Assembly (NCBI GenBank): GCA_020137815.1
Contig: CM035352.1
Coordinates: 2,852,001-2,916,000 of the forward strand
Length of the DNA stretch: 64,000 nt
DNA from: Hormiphora californensis
Lineage: Eukaryota > Animalia > Ctenophora
Direction of reading: 5' to 3'
The notes under the pieces are model-generated. The model did not search any database. It was not told where the DNA came from and worked only from the letters and a program-made list of their open reading frames with translations. This document shows, in pieces, positions 13,197 to 24,985 of this stretch; the stretch's first letter is position 1; each line of letters begins with the position of its first letter. The position numbers were made by a program, and so were the translations under genes.

Positions 13197-14226
13197 TTAG
13201 TCAAAGTTGTTAGTCTTAGAAGCATCCATCCAAACACGGACAGGTATCTCCTGGAGGTAGTCACTACTCGTTCCCGGTCCCCCTCCTTGGTGTTGGTGGT
13301 GCTGGTTGTCATGGTAACTGATACCGTTACCCGGATACATTCCCTGGTAACTTGGCACCAGATTAGAGAATGTCGTGTAGGGAGAGAGTTGGGTGGTCGT
13401 GATGGTAGGTAGTTGGGTGGGAGAACAGTAGTTAGGAAGAGATGTCAAGAAGGGACTAAAAGCCCCCGTTTCTGTAGTTAGAGGTGGGTGGGAGAGGGGT
13501 GGTATCTCCAGAATTGTGTTTTCCATCGGAGGCGTCTTCTTCTGGACCATGTACCGCGAATTCGGTTCATCAGGGTTCTCGTGTTCGATAAATTTGCCTT
13601 TGTACATACACTGCTTTTTCAGGCACTTTTGTTTCAGCTTGTTCAGACCTCCAAACTTGCTTTTATCCTGAGAGAGAACATGTCAGTATGGAGTCTGAGT
13701 GTACAATCTAATTCGATCAATTGGAGCTCAATCTATCAAAAGTACGGGGCGGTTTTCCGGACGATTTGGGAGCGGAGAAAGGAAAGTCCTTGTGTGCGCG
13801 CGCGGGGTTGACAACAATAACTGTATCGCGCGTTACGCGAAACACAGTCATGTCCCACTCTGTTGCAGACGGTACTGCTGCCTGGTAGAGTGAACAAGAC
13901 CTGAACGAATTGAAAGAGGAAGAAACATACCTTGCAGAAAACACATTCAGCACAGTCCTCCGTGCGCAGACAGTTGACACAGACCTTACACATTCTCATG
14001 GCTCCTCGACCGCGTGTTGAACTCCCTAAAATGGGGGGGGGGGGTAATAGAGAGAGGTTGGGAGGGGATAGAAGAGATAATAGAAGGGAGAGATAGATAT
14101 AGATAGAGAGAGAGGTTGGTATGGAGGGACCATTAATTGTTTATTCAGGAGACCCCCACCTTTTATATCGACAGATGTAGGAACGGGGGCTGTACTGGCC
14201 ATCTCAGGGTGATGATGTTCCATCAT
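13197..14226 (-). CDS. Small zf-CXXC domain protein (CFP1-type CXXC with KFGG motif) plus P/T/S-rich tail, ~210 aa
   Basis: Exons 14226-14160, 14025-13931 and 13667-13197 splice in phase to ...AMRMCKVCVNCLRTEDCAECVFCK|DKSKFGGLNKLKQKCLKKQC..., with all 8 Cys and the KFGG motif. An acceptor at 14287 means further upstream exons are possible. Confidence 0.85.
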
Positions 14227-14386
14227 ACTGTTCACTCTCGGCCGTATACTCAGGCCCCCACTGCCCCTTATCCGAGAACCCCTAGCCTGCAAAGAGTATA
14301 TTCATTATGATGTTGGTAATTATCTGATATGCAGGCACCAAATATGAAAATTGGATAACCTTGAATATGTTAGGAAGGGATGGAGA

Positions 14387-14474
<88 letters not shown>

Positions 14475-15027
14475 TAGAGAGAGAGAGAAAGAGAGAGGGA
14501 AGAAGATAGGAAAAGTTTAGGAAACATGAAGGGTGTGTAGAGATGTGAATATTCGTGAATGAACAGTTAGGTATCGAATATAAATGCTGAGAGGAGTGCT
14601 GGGTAGAAACAACAAGACTTTTAGAGGTGTGCTAGAAACAATAATATTTTATTGTCGGGAGGGCTGCTTTCGGAACTTAGCGCCGCTAAAGTGAGGAGAG
14701 AAAATACACAACTTACCTACTTCTTTTGTCCAAATTTTCACAATTTATCTTTACAACTTACAAGTCGTTCGACAAATCTTACCTCTAATACCCCCAGCTC
14801 TCTCCTTCTCTGTTTCACAAATAATTCTTTTTATCTCCCCTCTTTTCAATTTTCATACTCAACCACTTGATTCTTGAAATACTCACGTTAGGTATAATCT
14901 CTCCCCCCTTCTCTATCTTCGCGAATGCGTCCCCCAGCAGCAATAACCTTTGTTATACCAGCTCTTGAGATGTGGTGCCCCCCCCCCCCCAGCTGATGCA
15001 CCACAAACAATACAACATTTCTCTTTC

Positions 15028-15058
<31 letters not shown>

Positions 15059-15413
15059 CCTCTCTGTCCCTCTCTCTTCTCCTCTCTCTCTCTCTCTCTC
15101 GTCTCTCTCTCCCTCTCTCGCTCTCTCGGCCTCTCTCCTCTCTCTCCTCTCCTCCTCTCTCTCTCCCCTCTGCTCTCTCCTCTCTCTCTCCTCTCCAAGT
15201 CTCTCTTCCTTCTCTCTCTGTTCCCTCTCACCTCTCCCAACCCCTTTTCTTTCTCTCTCCATCTAGTCAGATATATATTTCTTTCAGTACCTTTATATTG
15301 ATAGAGAGCAAGTACGTCAGACTTTTCAAACAACCATTAACGGCTACCTTCTATCTTTTTGTACCCCATTTTTTACATGTGGGTATTGTTTCCCCCGCCT
15401 ATTCCTTTTTTCT

Positions 15414-15466
<53 letters not shown>

Positions 15467-17174
15467 GGAGAGAGAGAGGAGGAATTGGGCCATGAGTTCA
15501 ATAAAGAGCTCTCAAGGAGAGACTCCCTCCCCATGAGTTGTCAACACATTAGATAAGCTAAGCTCCTTACTCCGAACATGCAGCTGTATTATAGCCACAT
15601 TATTGTGCCTTATAAAATCAGAGCCCCTTTACAGAAACCCCCGCCGTCGCCGCTATGTTCCGGGGAACCCCGGCAATTAGAAAAACAACAAAAACAACTA
15701 CTGAAGTAGTGCACGCTGCAACTATCTTCTAGAACGGCAGCTTGAAGGGATGCAGGGAGAGGATAGAACCCCAAGCTATTATACGACTAGCACTGATACC
15801 AAATCCTGACAGCACCAAGTAGTACCAACTCTTTTCTCGCCCACCACTATATGAGGGGCAGACCCATTATAAGTAATTTGATGGGCCATCATGGGTCATG
15901 ATATATGTCACTGGTAGTAGTAGCAGGAACTCCCAACTATACATGAAGATGAAGAGACACTGTGATGTGCAGATGGATCTTGTTGAGTAAGGGGGTAAGG
16001 GGGAAGAACAAGATGGATCAGATTAAACCAGAACCATCAAATGAGTCAGGTGTAACTAATGGTTACTAACCATACCAGGCTACTCGCTCGACTCAGCTTC
16101 ACACGGTATTACACCTTGTAGTTCACATCTTGATCTATTAAGTTCAATAATGTTCAACCTGCAGCAGCTGTAGAAGTAGCTGTAGAAGTAGCCCCAGCAC
16201 AGATTTGATCTACATGGGCAGTCATCACTCTGTCACCCTGTCAACTCGACCATATCTAGAAGGGAGCTGTCAGTCCTCTCTTGTTCTATAAATAATGATC
16301 GAACTTTATAGTTATCTGTATTTCAGAGAATGAAAATGGATATATCCGGTCTTGGAGGACTAGAAGTAATTAAATTAAAAATGAAACTACTTTAGTTTGA
16401 TTAACATACTTTTTGATCTGTCATCTGTACTAATAGTACAAAGTGTACTATAACACTTGAAACTGAAGGGCGCTATTTCTGACGAGAAGGCCGGGGTGTC
16501 ACGAAACGACTTGGTAAATGCGAACCCTGCTAACTGAGCTAAGAACTTGTTGATTGCCGTAAACGGAGAGAAAGAGAGGGAGAAAGAGAGAGATATAGCG
16601 AGAGGGAGAGAGAGAGAGAAAGAGAGAAAGAGAGAGAGGGAGGGAGGGAGAGAGGGAGGGAGAGAGAGAGGGAGAGACTCAGGAAGTGGAAGAAGAAAAG
16701 CTGTAAAATGGAAACGGAAGCCTTCAAATTTCAATCTTGTACATAATTTCACTCTCGTCACATTGAGAATGACATGACATTGAGAATGACCATGACAGCG
16801 CCGGCTGTTAGGTAGGTACTCGTAACTCGTTTGTGGAATCTGTATAGCCGGCAAAAACGACAGTGACTCCTTTCACGACTCACGAGAAATGAAATTTGAA
16901 AATCGACAAACATGAGTTATAAGATTAAGAGATCAAGGGCCACGACCTAATAGTAATGGATATTGGACATTGGTTACTGGTTGGGCATGTTCCAATGCAA
17001 ACAACAAGACAAAATTCAAGGAGTCCTTGAAGGACCGGTATTGGCCAAGGGCTACAAAATCGGCTATGTCCGGATGTCCCCGGTCAGGCTCGGGCCGACA
17101 GTGGTAAATTACCATTGGTAAATGGTAATTGATAACTAAACGGCTAAAAGTAGCTGCACGTATGTACACGATTA

Positions 17175-17464
17175 GGGGAAACTCTAACTGAATGGCATCC
17201 CATTAATGGGATCCCATCAACAGTAAAACCCTAACTGATAATGGACCACAGTGATGGTTCTTTCTCTGTATTCTCTCTGTGTGCGCGCCCGTGCCCGGGC
17301 ATGCCCTATAGTTCTTTCTCTGTATTCTCTCTGTAGGCAGTACATAGATGTACTGCCTACAGAGAGAATACAGAGAAAGAACCATCACTGTGGTCCATTA
17401 TCAGTTAGAGTTTTACTGTTGATGGGATCCCATTAATGGGATGCCATTCAGTTAGAGTTTCCCC
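17175..17464. mobile_element. PIF/Harbinger (Tourist-like) palindromic MITE
   Basis: ggggaaactctaactgaatgg...ccattcagttagagtttcccc, long TIRs, TTA TSD; second copy at 39870-40113. Confidence 0.85.
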
Positions 17465-17725
17465 TTACAGGACAAGTGACAGAGTACACAATACACAAAA
17501 GAAATGGGGAATGTACAACTACACGCGAGGGAGAACTTATCAGGAGATTAGAAAACCCGCACGTGCATGCGCGCGGTCGCGATGGCTCAAGACACCCTAT
17601 CCAATTGAAGTATCACTGTGCTGGCAAGGGCAAAGGTGGCCATTCCTTATAGAATACAAGGTTGAAAATTGGCATTGTAAAATTTTGAGATATAATATAA
17701 TTCTTTAGGTAGCACTGCTTGTACA

Positions 17726-17830
17726 ACTTATAACACCCCCCAGTGTTATAAGTTTTCACTTATAACACCCCCAGTGTTATAAGTTTTCACTTATAACACC
17801 CCCCAGTGATACATGAAAACTTATAACACC
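17726..17830. repeat. Tandem array of ~30-bp hairpin units
   Basis: acttataacac-ccc(c)ca-gtgttataagt-tttc repeated about 3.5 times, later copies degenerate. Confidence 0.8.
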
Positions 17831-18419
17831 GCTGCACTTCGAACTCCTTACTCCACTGTTTCAGTCACACTTAAAAACCGTTAGAAAGATAAGCATTTAC
17901 GAACTCCCTCCCTCTCTCTCTTTCTTCTCTCACACTGTCAAGCCGTTGCAGCACCGAGATCAAGATAACAGTTACGAACTCCCGGACCCACGTCCCACAC
18001 ATTCTTTATCTCTCTCACTCTCACTAATCTCTCACTCTCTTTACCTATCTCAGGCGTTATCTTATCTTTACTGATATCTCTGCCTGCTACCATATCATGA
18101 ATTCGCTCTATTGTTACGCCCTAAAGTGTCTCTCACTCTTGTTTTAAAAATTTTACAATGCAATTTTATTATGCCTATTTTCGTTGTACCTGACGTCAAC
18201 AATAATGTCCCAGATTCTTACACTTTTAGACCTCGCAGGCTCGGTCAAAAAGTAAAACTACATCACTCGCAGGCTCGTGAGGTAGTTACACTTAGTGGCA
18301 CTCGCAGGCTCGTGCACTAAAGTACAAGAATCTGCCTCGACCTGTGGTCTCGGATCATTATTGTTGCACTTATAGGCATAATAAAATCCTACAGTATAAC
18401 ACGAACCGCCGCCTCGAAG

Positions 18420-18502
18420 CTGTCTGTCGGCGCCAGACCTCGTTTTTACTCTGGCCATGTACTCAGATATTCGAATCGGCTTGGCCTGGTGCCGCCAGAC
18501 AG
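18420..18502. mobile_element. Micro-MITE, CTGTCTG family
   Basis: ctgtctg...cagacag with perfect TSD cctcgaag. Confidence 0.85.
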
Positions 18503-19344
18503 CCTCGAAGTGGGGGGGGGGGTATAAAGGTAAACTGGCTATCCCCTTGCGCAGTCAGAGCATTGGCTTCAGTAATCCCAAGGCAAAGTTCCAATGCTGA
18601 CTTTGAATTACTCGACAAGCATCTGCATACTCGAAGCCGCTACTAGGCGTCCCGTCAGGCGATACCTACTACACATAATGGTTATGTGTAGTAGGTTATG
18701 ATAACCAGGTGCCGAACGTAACCCACCAAATCCAATGTAGTTTTTATCAAATTGAAATGGTCTTGGTTTGTTTGGAAAAGAAATAAAAAAGAAGTACAAC
18801 TTGTACGACTAAAACATTCAACAACACGAGAGCCCTCGAAGCCGCTGGGGCCATCAAGTTCGGGAAGTAGATAGTACTAGAAGGTGTTTCAACTACAAAA
18901 ACCGAAAATTGATGGATATTCTGTCGAAATTTCAACACTACAAACACTAAAATGCTAACCTAACAATCTGACATAAAATACACTTAACTAAAAACTAAAC
19001 TAAAAACTACTTTAACATGAAATATAGTGTAGTACACAATACACAGTGTGTATTACACACACTACAAGCACTGTTCGGTAAGGGAATACGTTCACCAGCC
19101 ATACCATTATTAATATTATATCTCTCTCCTCGGACGGCAATCGTACAACGAAAAGTGAATCATCGTATCCGAGATCACTCAAGTTGGACTGCACAACGTC
19201 CATACGAGCTTGGATTTGACTTTGATATTATACATCGCCTACAGAATAATTTGTCCTACACAGTCCATCTCTTATAACGGGTTCGTACTACAGCTTGAGT
19301 CACATTGAAATAAATAATAATACTCGACTCGCATTACATATCAG

Positions 19345-22300
19345 TCAAAAGTCATCATCATATTCAAAAGCGGGGTTTTCGATCCCACTCAGTGGCCCTG
19401 TACATTTCTCCCCCAGCCCGTGTTGTGTCCAGGCAACTCTAGATTGTTCTCTCAGTGACGTCACAGGGCTGCTCTCTCTGAATGACGTCACAGGACTGCT
19501 CTCTCTTGAGGGTACGACCTCCTTTCTAAAGTGTCTGTGGGTGAGGCGCTGGGAGATGCTCAGGGTGAGAAAGATGACACACAGCACTATCAGGATAATA
19601 AGGGCACTGAGGAACAGGTTCCGTTTAGTCTCCTCCAATCTCTCTGCTGTCTCGTCGTCATCTGGCGGCTCTGAAAGGAAGGGAGAGGGGTTAGACAGAG
19701 TTTGTATCGGCCCGGTCCGGAGAGGGCAGTCTTTTGAGAGACAAGGAGTGAGCTGTCTCACAAAAATTGTGACGGCTAAGAAAACTTCTTTAGGCTTTTC
19801 AGACACATGTCAAAATAAACTAATTTGGGAGGTTAAGTTTAGGTCGTGTCGGTGTGGCCCCAGACAAATCAGGTTTCAAGAGATAAGGGTCTAGTTGACA
19901 GGTTTAACTAAGAGTTAGATAAGCAGGTTGTTGTATGAAACCTGTATGTTATCTCACCTTGAACAGGTTGACAGGTGTTGTCAGGTGGGGCGGGGGACCA
20001 TTCCCCACTCTCATCACATGTCACCTCACTCAAGGTATTCAAGGTGTACCCTGGGTCACATATCACACTTCCCGTGTCACCTGAGAAAACATAATTTAGG
20101 TGTCCCTTGGTAACAATGTTAACCTTTAACTACGGGTCAATCATCAAAAATCTTCAAAAAGTCTGTCAGGTTTGGTAAGGTTTGTTTGGGGGGGGGGGGG
20201 GGGGGTGCTGTAAAGATTAAAGTGAGAGTGGACCGACACAGAATTTGACAAGGTTGTTGTAGGTAGTAGAGATTAGCTTTCTGAGCATTTTGCGTTTTTG
20301 CCGCTCAAAATCGACCCACCCATCACTGAGATATTTTTGTTATGTTGGGAGAACTCCTGTTTAATCAGTATGTATAAAACAGAATAAAGTCGGATTTTTT
20401 GAAGTTGTCACCCCAAAATGACCGTGCATGTGAAATTTATCAATTTTGACGCGCACACCACACGTTAACATGTGATGTGACGCGCAAAAACTTTCCGCGC
20501 ACGAAAAGGGGGGTGACAACTTCAAAAAATCCGACTTTAGAAACACTCGTCGTGTTTTACTAGCACATTCTGAATATAAGCAGTGAGTTTGACATGTCCA
20601 TGCACAGAAGCAGGGCAATGCAAGCCAGCATATCAAAAATTTAAAGAATGTGTTAGTAAAACACAAGGATTGTTTCTATCCTGTTTGATAAATATTGATC
20701 CAGCAGGAATTCTCCCAACATAACAAAAATATCTCTGATGGGTGGGTCGATTTTGAGCGGCAAAAATGCAAAATGCTCAGAAAGCTAATCTCTAATACCT
20801 ACAACAAACTTGTCCATTTCTGATCCGGTCCACTCTCACTTTAATTACCTTCAACAGGTCTATCAACTCCGTCAAAGACGATGTTTCCTCCCCTTCCAAC
20901 GGGTGTCGATTTATCACAATCTGTAAATTATATGCAAATTAATATTTCGCTGTCACACTGTGACTCACAGTAACATAGAATCATTCAGTGGTCATGGTTA
21001 CACAATGGGCAATGAATCCAAATGAATTTCACTTATTTGGGCAATATCACACTTGTTACAGTGCTCAAGAGAGAAATCACGAATATTATGACCATGACTT
21101 ACATTTGAGGCAGGCAGGTGGTGGTGACTCCCAGACACCCTTATCAGTGCATCTCACCACCTCAGGCCCGTCAAGGTAGTAGTCAGGGTGGGTACAGGTG
21201 AATTCTATAGAGTGCCCCCTGCCCGTGTATTGGGAGGTAGAGTTGAGGACCTGGAACTTGCCTGGTAGTGGCACCTCACACACTGGAAAATAAAAGGAGT
21301 TATTCTCAAGAAATAGTTTGATAGTTGGAAAAAGAAGGAGTATGTCCTACTCAAGTCACGTTCAATTATAATCAAGTCAATTATGATCGTAAATCGTAAT
21401 TATGAAAATTAAACTCACTAGAAAGGCAAATCTTCCCAAAAAGCCTATAACTCCACCTCCCATTCGGCAAACACTCGATCTCTGTCTCATCACCCCCACC
21501 CTCTTCCAGTCTCGGTGTCACCTCGTAACCATGGTGACAGGTGATCTCTATGACGTCACCAGTCACGTGTTGGGTGTCACGTGATGTGTTGAGAGATGCA
21601 TGGGGAATATTCGGTGTCCGACCACAAACACCTAGAGAAGTAAAAGGTTGGTATTGGTAACTTCAAATGAACCACTTTCTTTAATCGTCTATAACAGTAG
21701 TTGAGTCGATAAAGAGGCGATCAGTTAAGCCTTGTTCGACCCTGTTTCACCGTGCGCCGCACGGTGAAACAGGGTAAAGGAGGGTTAGAACATAACAACC
21801 GATCGATATATTTTCAACTCACGTGTTAGACAGTTATGTCCAGTCCATCCTTGTAGACAGATCTTATCCCCCGTGACTGGGTCACATGTGTAATGCCCCT
21901 GATTATCGTCCCTCTCCTCACACCAAATACTACAGTCTTTGTAGTAGTGGTCCTCACATATCACCTATGAGGGGTGAAAGTGTAAATACTGAGGCTAACC
22001 TGGTTGGTTTGGTATGTTATAAGAGAGAGAGAGGGCCGAGCAAGGCAACCGGTATCAGCTACAACACAATAATTATTGTGAGCACTTATATCACATGTGA
22101 TGAGTTGTCATGTGAAGGGTGCTGCTGCACCCTGCTGGCCCTCATTAGGGAGGGTGACAGAGAACTCACATGACGTCGCGGGAATTGTAATTATAATTCT
22201 AATTCTACGCGGGCACATCATGTGAAAATTAATAAATTTCTAGAAATAATGTAATATGAAGCCTGGTATAATCCGTATATATTCGTCAGACAATAACACC

Positions 22301-23617
22301 CTGTCAGAGCATTGGCCTGACAAATAACACCTGGAATAATTTTCTGGCACGTTTGATAATCTGAGTGTGTACCTGGTAAGAGAGGGTGATTGAGGCACCA
22401 CCGCTAGTGAGGGTTTCATTGTACACGATCCCAGTTGTAACATGCTGTTTTATCTCCCGTTTAGGTAGCAACACCCTGGTAAACCCTGTTGAGTAGTCGA
22501 ACACCTCTATTGTCATATTCAGGTGGGTCAACTTATCCTGGGGATTGGGGGGGGGGGATAGAAATCAGTAGATCAGTATGTGTTCGATTCTGATAATTGT
22601 TGTACTGCACTATTATAGGAGAGAGATAGGTCACGTGAAGTTGATTTTGCCCTGACACGCTGTAGATAACATATTGGGCCCATATATTGCCCTAATATTG
22701 TTATCGCTTAGTAATGTGCACGGCCCTGTGTGTGCTACCAATATGTACCTACATTTATAGGAGCAGTTATGTTGAGGGGGTTGTCAAAAGTAACCCCTGG
22801 TCGATCATTTAGTGCTCCTCGTCCTTGTGGCAGGTAAAGATGCTCCGAGAATTCGATCCTTTCTGAGGTGAACCTGCAAAAAAGGTTTTTATAAAGAAGC
22901 ACAATAGTTTGATTTATAAAGAAGTATTTTCTCCCTGTCGATTCTATTTTGAGTGATAAGGTAAAAGGGGGGCCTTAAAACGTCAAGTAACTTAAGCCTG
23001 CAGATAGGAACCGGCATTGCCAAAACACACAACATCTTATGGAAGCAGTGTCATAATATTCATGTGTCACTGCCACACCCTATTGTACCACTGTCATGGG
23101 GTATCAAATGATGCCAGTTTGTGGTCCCCATACTTGGAGATAAAAACTATTTTGGTATTTTGGGGAGTCGAACACTAGCTAACTACTAGGAGATAAAGAT
23201 GAAGTGGCCGAGGTCAAACAGGGGGCTGTGGAAATAACATCTGTCAAACCGTGGCACATACATGGGGATGATCCAAAAAAAGAAAGATGAATAGTAGCTT
23301 ACCCCTGTATGCTTGGACTGGTAAACTTTGTTTTTATCTTAACCAAACACCCCGTATCCACATCACAGGTTAAATCATTCTGGAGACTGTTCCCTGGGTT
23401 TTGCAGCTCAAGTAGAACAAGCTCAACGTGACCGAACCCAGCGACAAGTCTGATCTAAAAGATGAGGGAAGTGGTGAAGGGGATTAATGGGAATCAGGGT
23501 GCGGAAACTGGACAGTAGGAACCGATAATACTCGGAAACGCATTGTAGTGTTTTTCACTGGTAATGTCTTACCTGCAATGTAAACAAAATAAGCAAAACA
23601 AAAACTAACATAACCAT
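19345..23617 (-). CDS. Delta/Serrate-like (DSL) Notch-ligand-like type I membrane protein: SP-MNNL/C2-DSL-3xSushi(CCP)-TM-cytoplasmic tail, 512 aa
   Basis: Ten GT-AG exons in compatible phase: 23617-23573, 23454-23303, 22873-22753, 22537-22373, 21964-21823, 21631-21419, 21282-21103, 20920-20849, 20080-19958, 19670-19345 (1539 nt). SP MVMLVFVLLILFTLQIRLVAG. MNNL-like FGHVELVLLELQNPGNSLQNDLTC...FDNPL...TSGGASITLSYQ. DSL VICEDHYYKDCSIWCEERDDNQGHYTCDPVTGDKICLQGWTGHNC. Three CCP modules (C..C..GY/YY..C...G.W...C). TM LFLSALIILIVLCVIFLTLSI. Confidence 0.9.
20221..20840. mobile_element. 620-bp MITE with TTAA TSD and AG termini (Kolobok-like), in an intron of the DSL gene
   Basis: ttaa|agtgagagtggaccg...cggtccactctcact|ttaa; ~150-bp imperfect TIRs; internal inverted repeat ~20387-20538. 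Confidence 0.8.
21733..21776. repeat. Short intronic hairpin
   Basis: accctgtttcaccgtgcg-c-cgcacggtgaaacagggt. Confidence 0.75.
22301..22323. mobile_element. 23-bp solo unit of the CTGTCAG micro-MITE family
   Basis: ataacacc|ctgtcagagcattggcctgacaa|ataacacc (perfect 8-bp TSD). Confidence 0.85.
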
Positions 23618-23858
23618 GACTAGTACTAAACCTAAAACTGGGGTTTGGTGGTTTTAAAGCATCACTTTATTAATTAATTAAGATAACATTGACAGTTCTC
23701 CAGAGGAGGGAGAAAGTAGACACAACAACATGAAGAAGTGCTGCAGGAGCAGCCGCCACTCATGTTTCCCTCCCTCTCTATCTGAGGAAGAGGTGGAGCC
23801 GCTCTCCTTATCAGTAAATTTGCAGTCGTCACTAGCAGAACCAAATGGATGAAGCAGG

Positions 23859-24002
<144 letters not shown>

Positions 24003-24419
24003 CATGGAAAACATAAACAGCATCAGGGTGAAGTCAGAGGGCTGAAATAGAGCTTTGTCGGCACGGTGCAAATTTGGCAGTGAGTCTCTTACTGCAGTAA
24101 CAGTAGAGATACTGAGAAAACAAAATGGAGCCAGAATCATGTCAGAATCACAACACTAAACACAGCGTCAGATATAATAGTGCCAAGGTGAAGATCAGTA
24201 TCAGTACCTGAATAGCATGCACACATTCACACTAAGTCGGGGGAATTGGTGAAAATTGGGGCGTATCATCACCTAGGTGATGGGGGCACTTGGCGGGAGG
24301 GGGACAATTTCACAGCTCGGAGAACTTGGCACTGCCCGACACAATTATCTAGTCACTGACCAAAAAAGGAAGAGATAAAGTATTTTGGTGTTCCTGGTGA
24401 CAACATATATCAGACACTG

Positions 24420-24484
24420 TGAAGCACTAAACAGCAATCTAGCTGTGTGTCTGACACACAGCTAGATTGCTGTTTAGTGCTTCA
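24420..24484. repeat. Perfect 32-bp inverted repeat with a 1-nt loop
   Basis: tgaagcactaaacagcaatctagctgtgtgtc-t-gacacacagctagattgctgtttagtgcttca. Confidence 0.95.
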
Positions 24485-24768
24485 TGGTAGAAGTTAACAG
24501 GTGGTACATGACCATGACAGACAGTGTAGTACTTCCAATCAGGGAGCACGTGGTTTACCAAATATGGGCAACACGTGACGTCACTATTTTACCAAATATG
24601 GAAGTATCACACGAAGGACAGTGTAGTATGTAGTTGAAAGTCGGTGATCGTGGTCTTTTACTGAACACGTGCAATCACCCATGACAGGGAGGTACACCAA
24701 CAAAGGATGTGTCCACACCTGGGGAACTCACATAACAATTCTCAGTTTTCAAATAGGAAGCTAGGAGT

Positions 24769-24985
24769 CACAGTGGTCATCCGACATATTCCGACCTGAA
24801 ATTCGACCTGAATCTCGACCTGGAATGAGACGCGCATCAGAGAGATGTGCCGCAGTAAGAAAATGATGTCGCGCTTCAACTCTTCTCTCTCGTTAGTCTT
24901 CGTGTCTCTCTCACTACGAATGCGCGCCTCATTCCAGGTCGAATTTCACGTCGAGGTATGGCAATTATGTCGGATGACCACTGTC
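24769..24985. mobile_element. MITE with CAC-type terminus and probable 3-bp TSD (agt); CACTA/Chapaev-like, tentative
   Basis: TIR acagtggtcatccgacata / tatgtcggatgaccactgt; subterminal cgacctg repeats. Confidence 0.65.

Noticed and set aside
14282-16854. ORFs rich in SLSLSL/ERERER (also near 23832, 27986, 28532, 34556, 47015, 49242, 51030, 55858, 59225)
   Set aside because: These are translations of (AG)n microsatellites.
19980-20000. Apparent frameshift in the third CCP of the DSL gene
   Set aside because: Recounting the G runs gives WSPAPPDNTCQPVQ in frame, so the gene is intact.
22304-22372. Extension of the MNNL exon to the downstream donor at ~22331
   Set aside because: The donor after 22373 gives ITLSYQ|VICEDHYY, which matches Delta spacing; the extension would insert 14 residues. 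It remains possible as a minor isoform.
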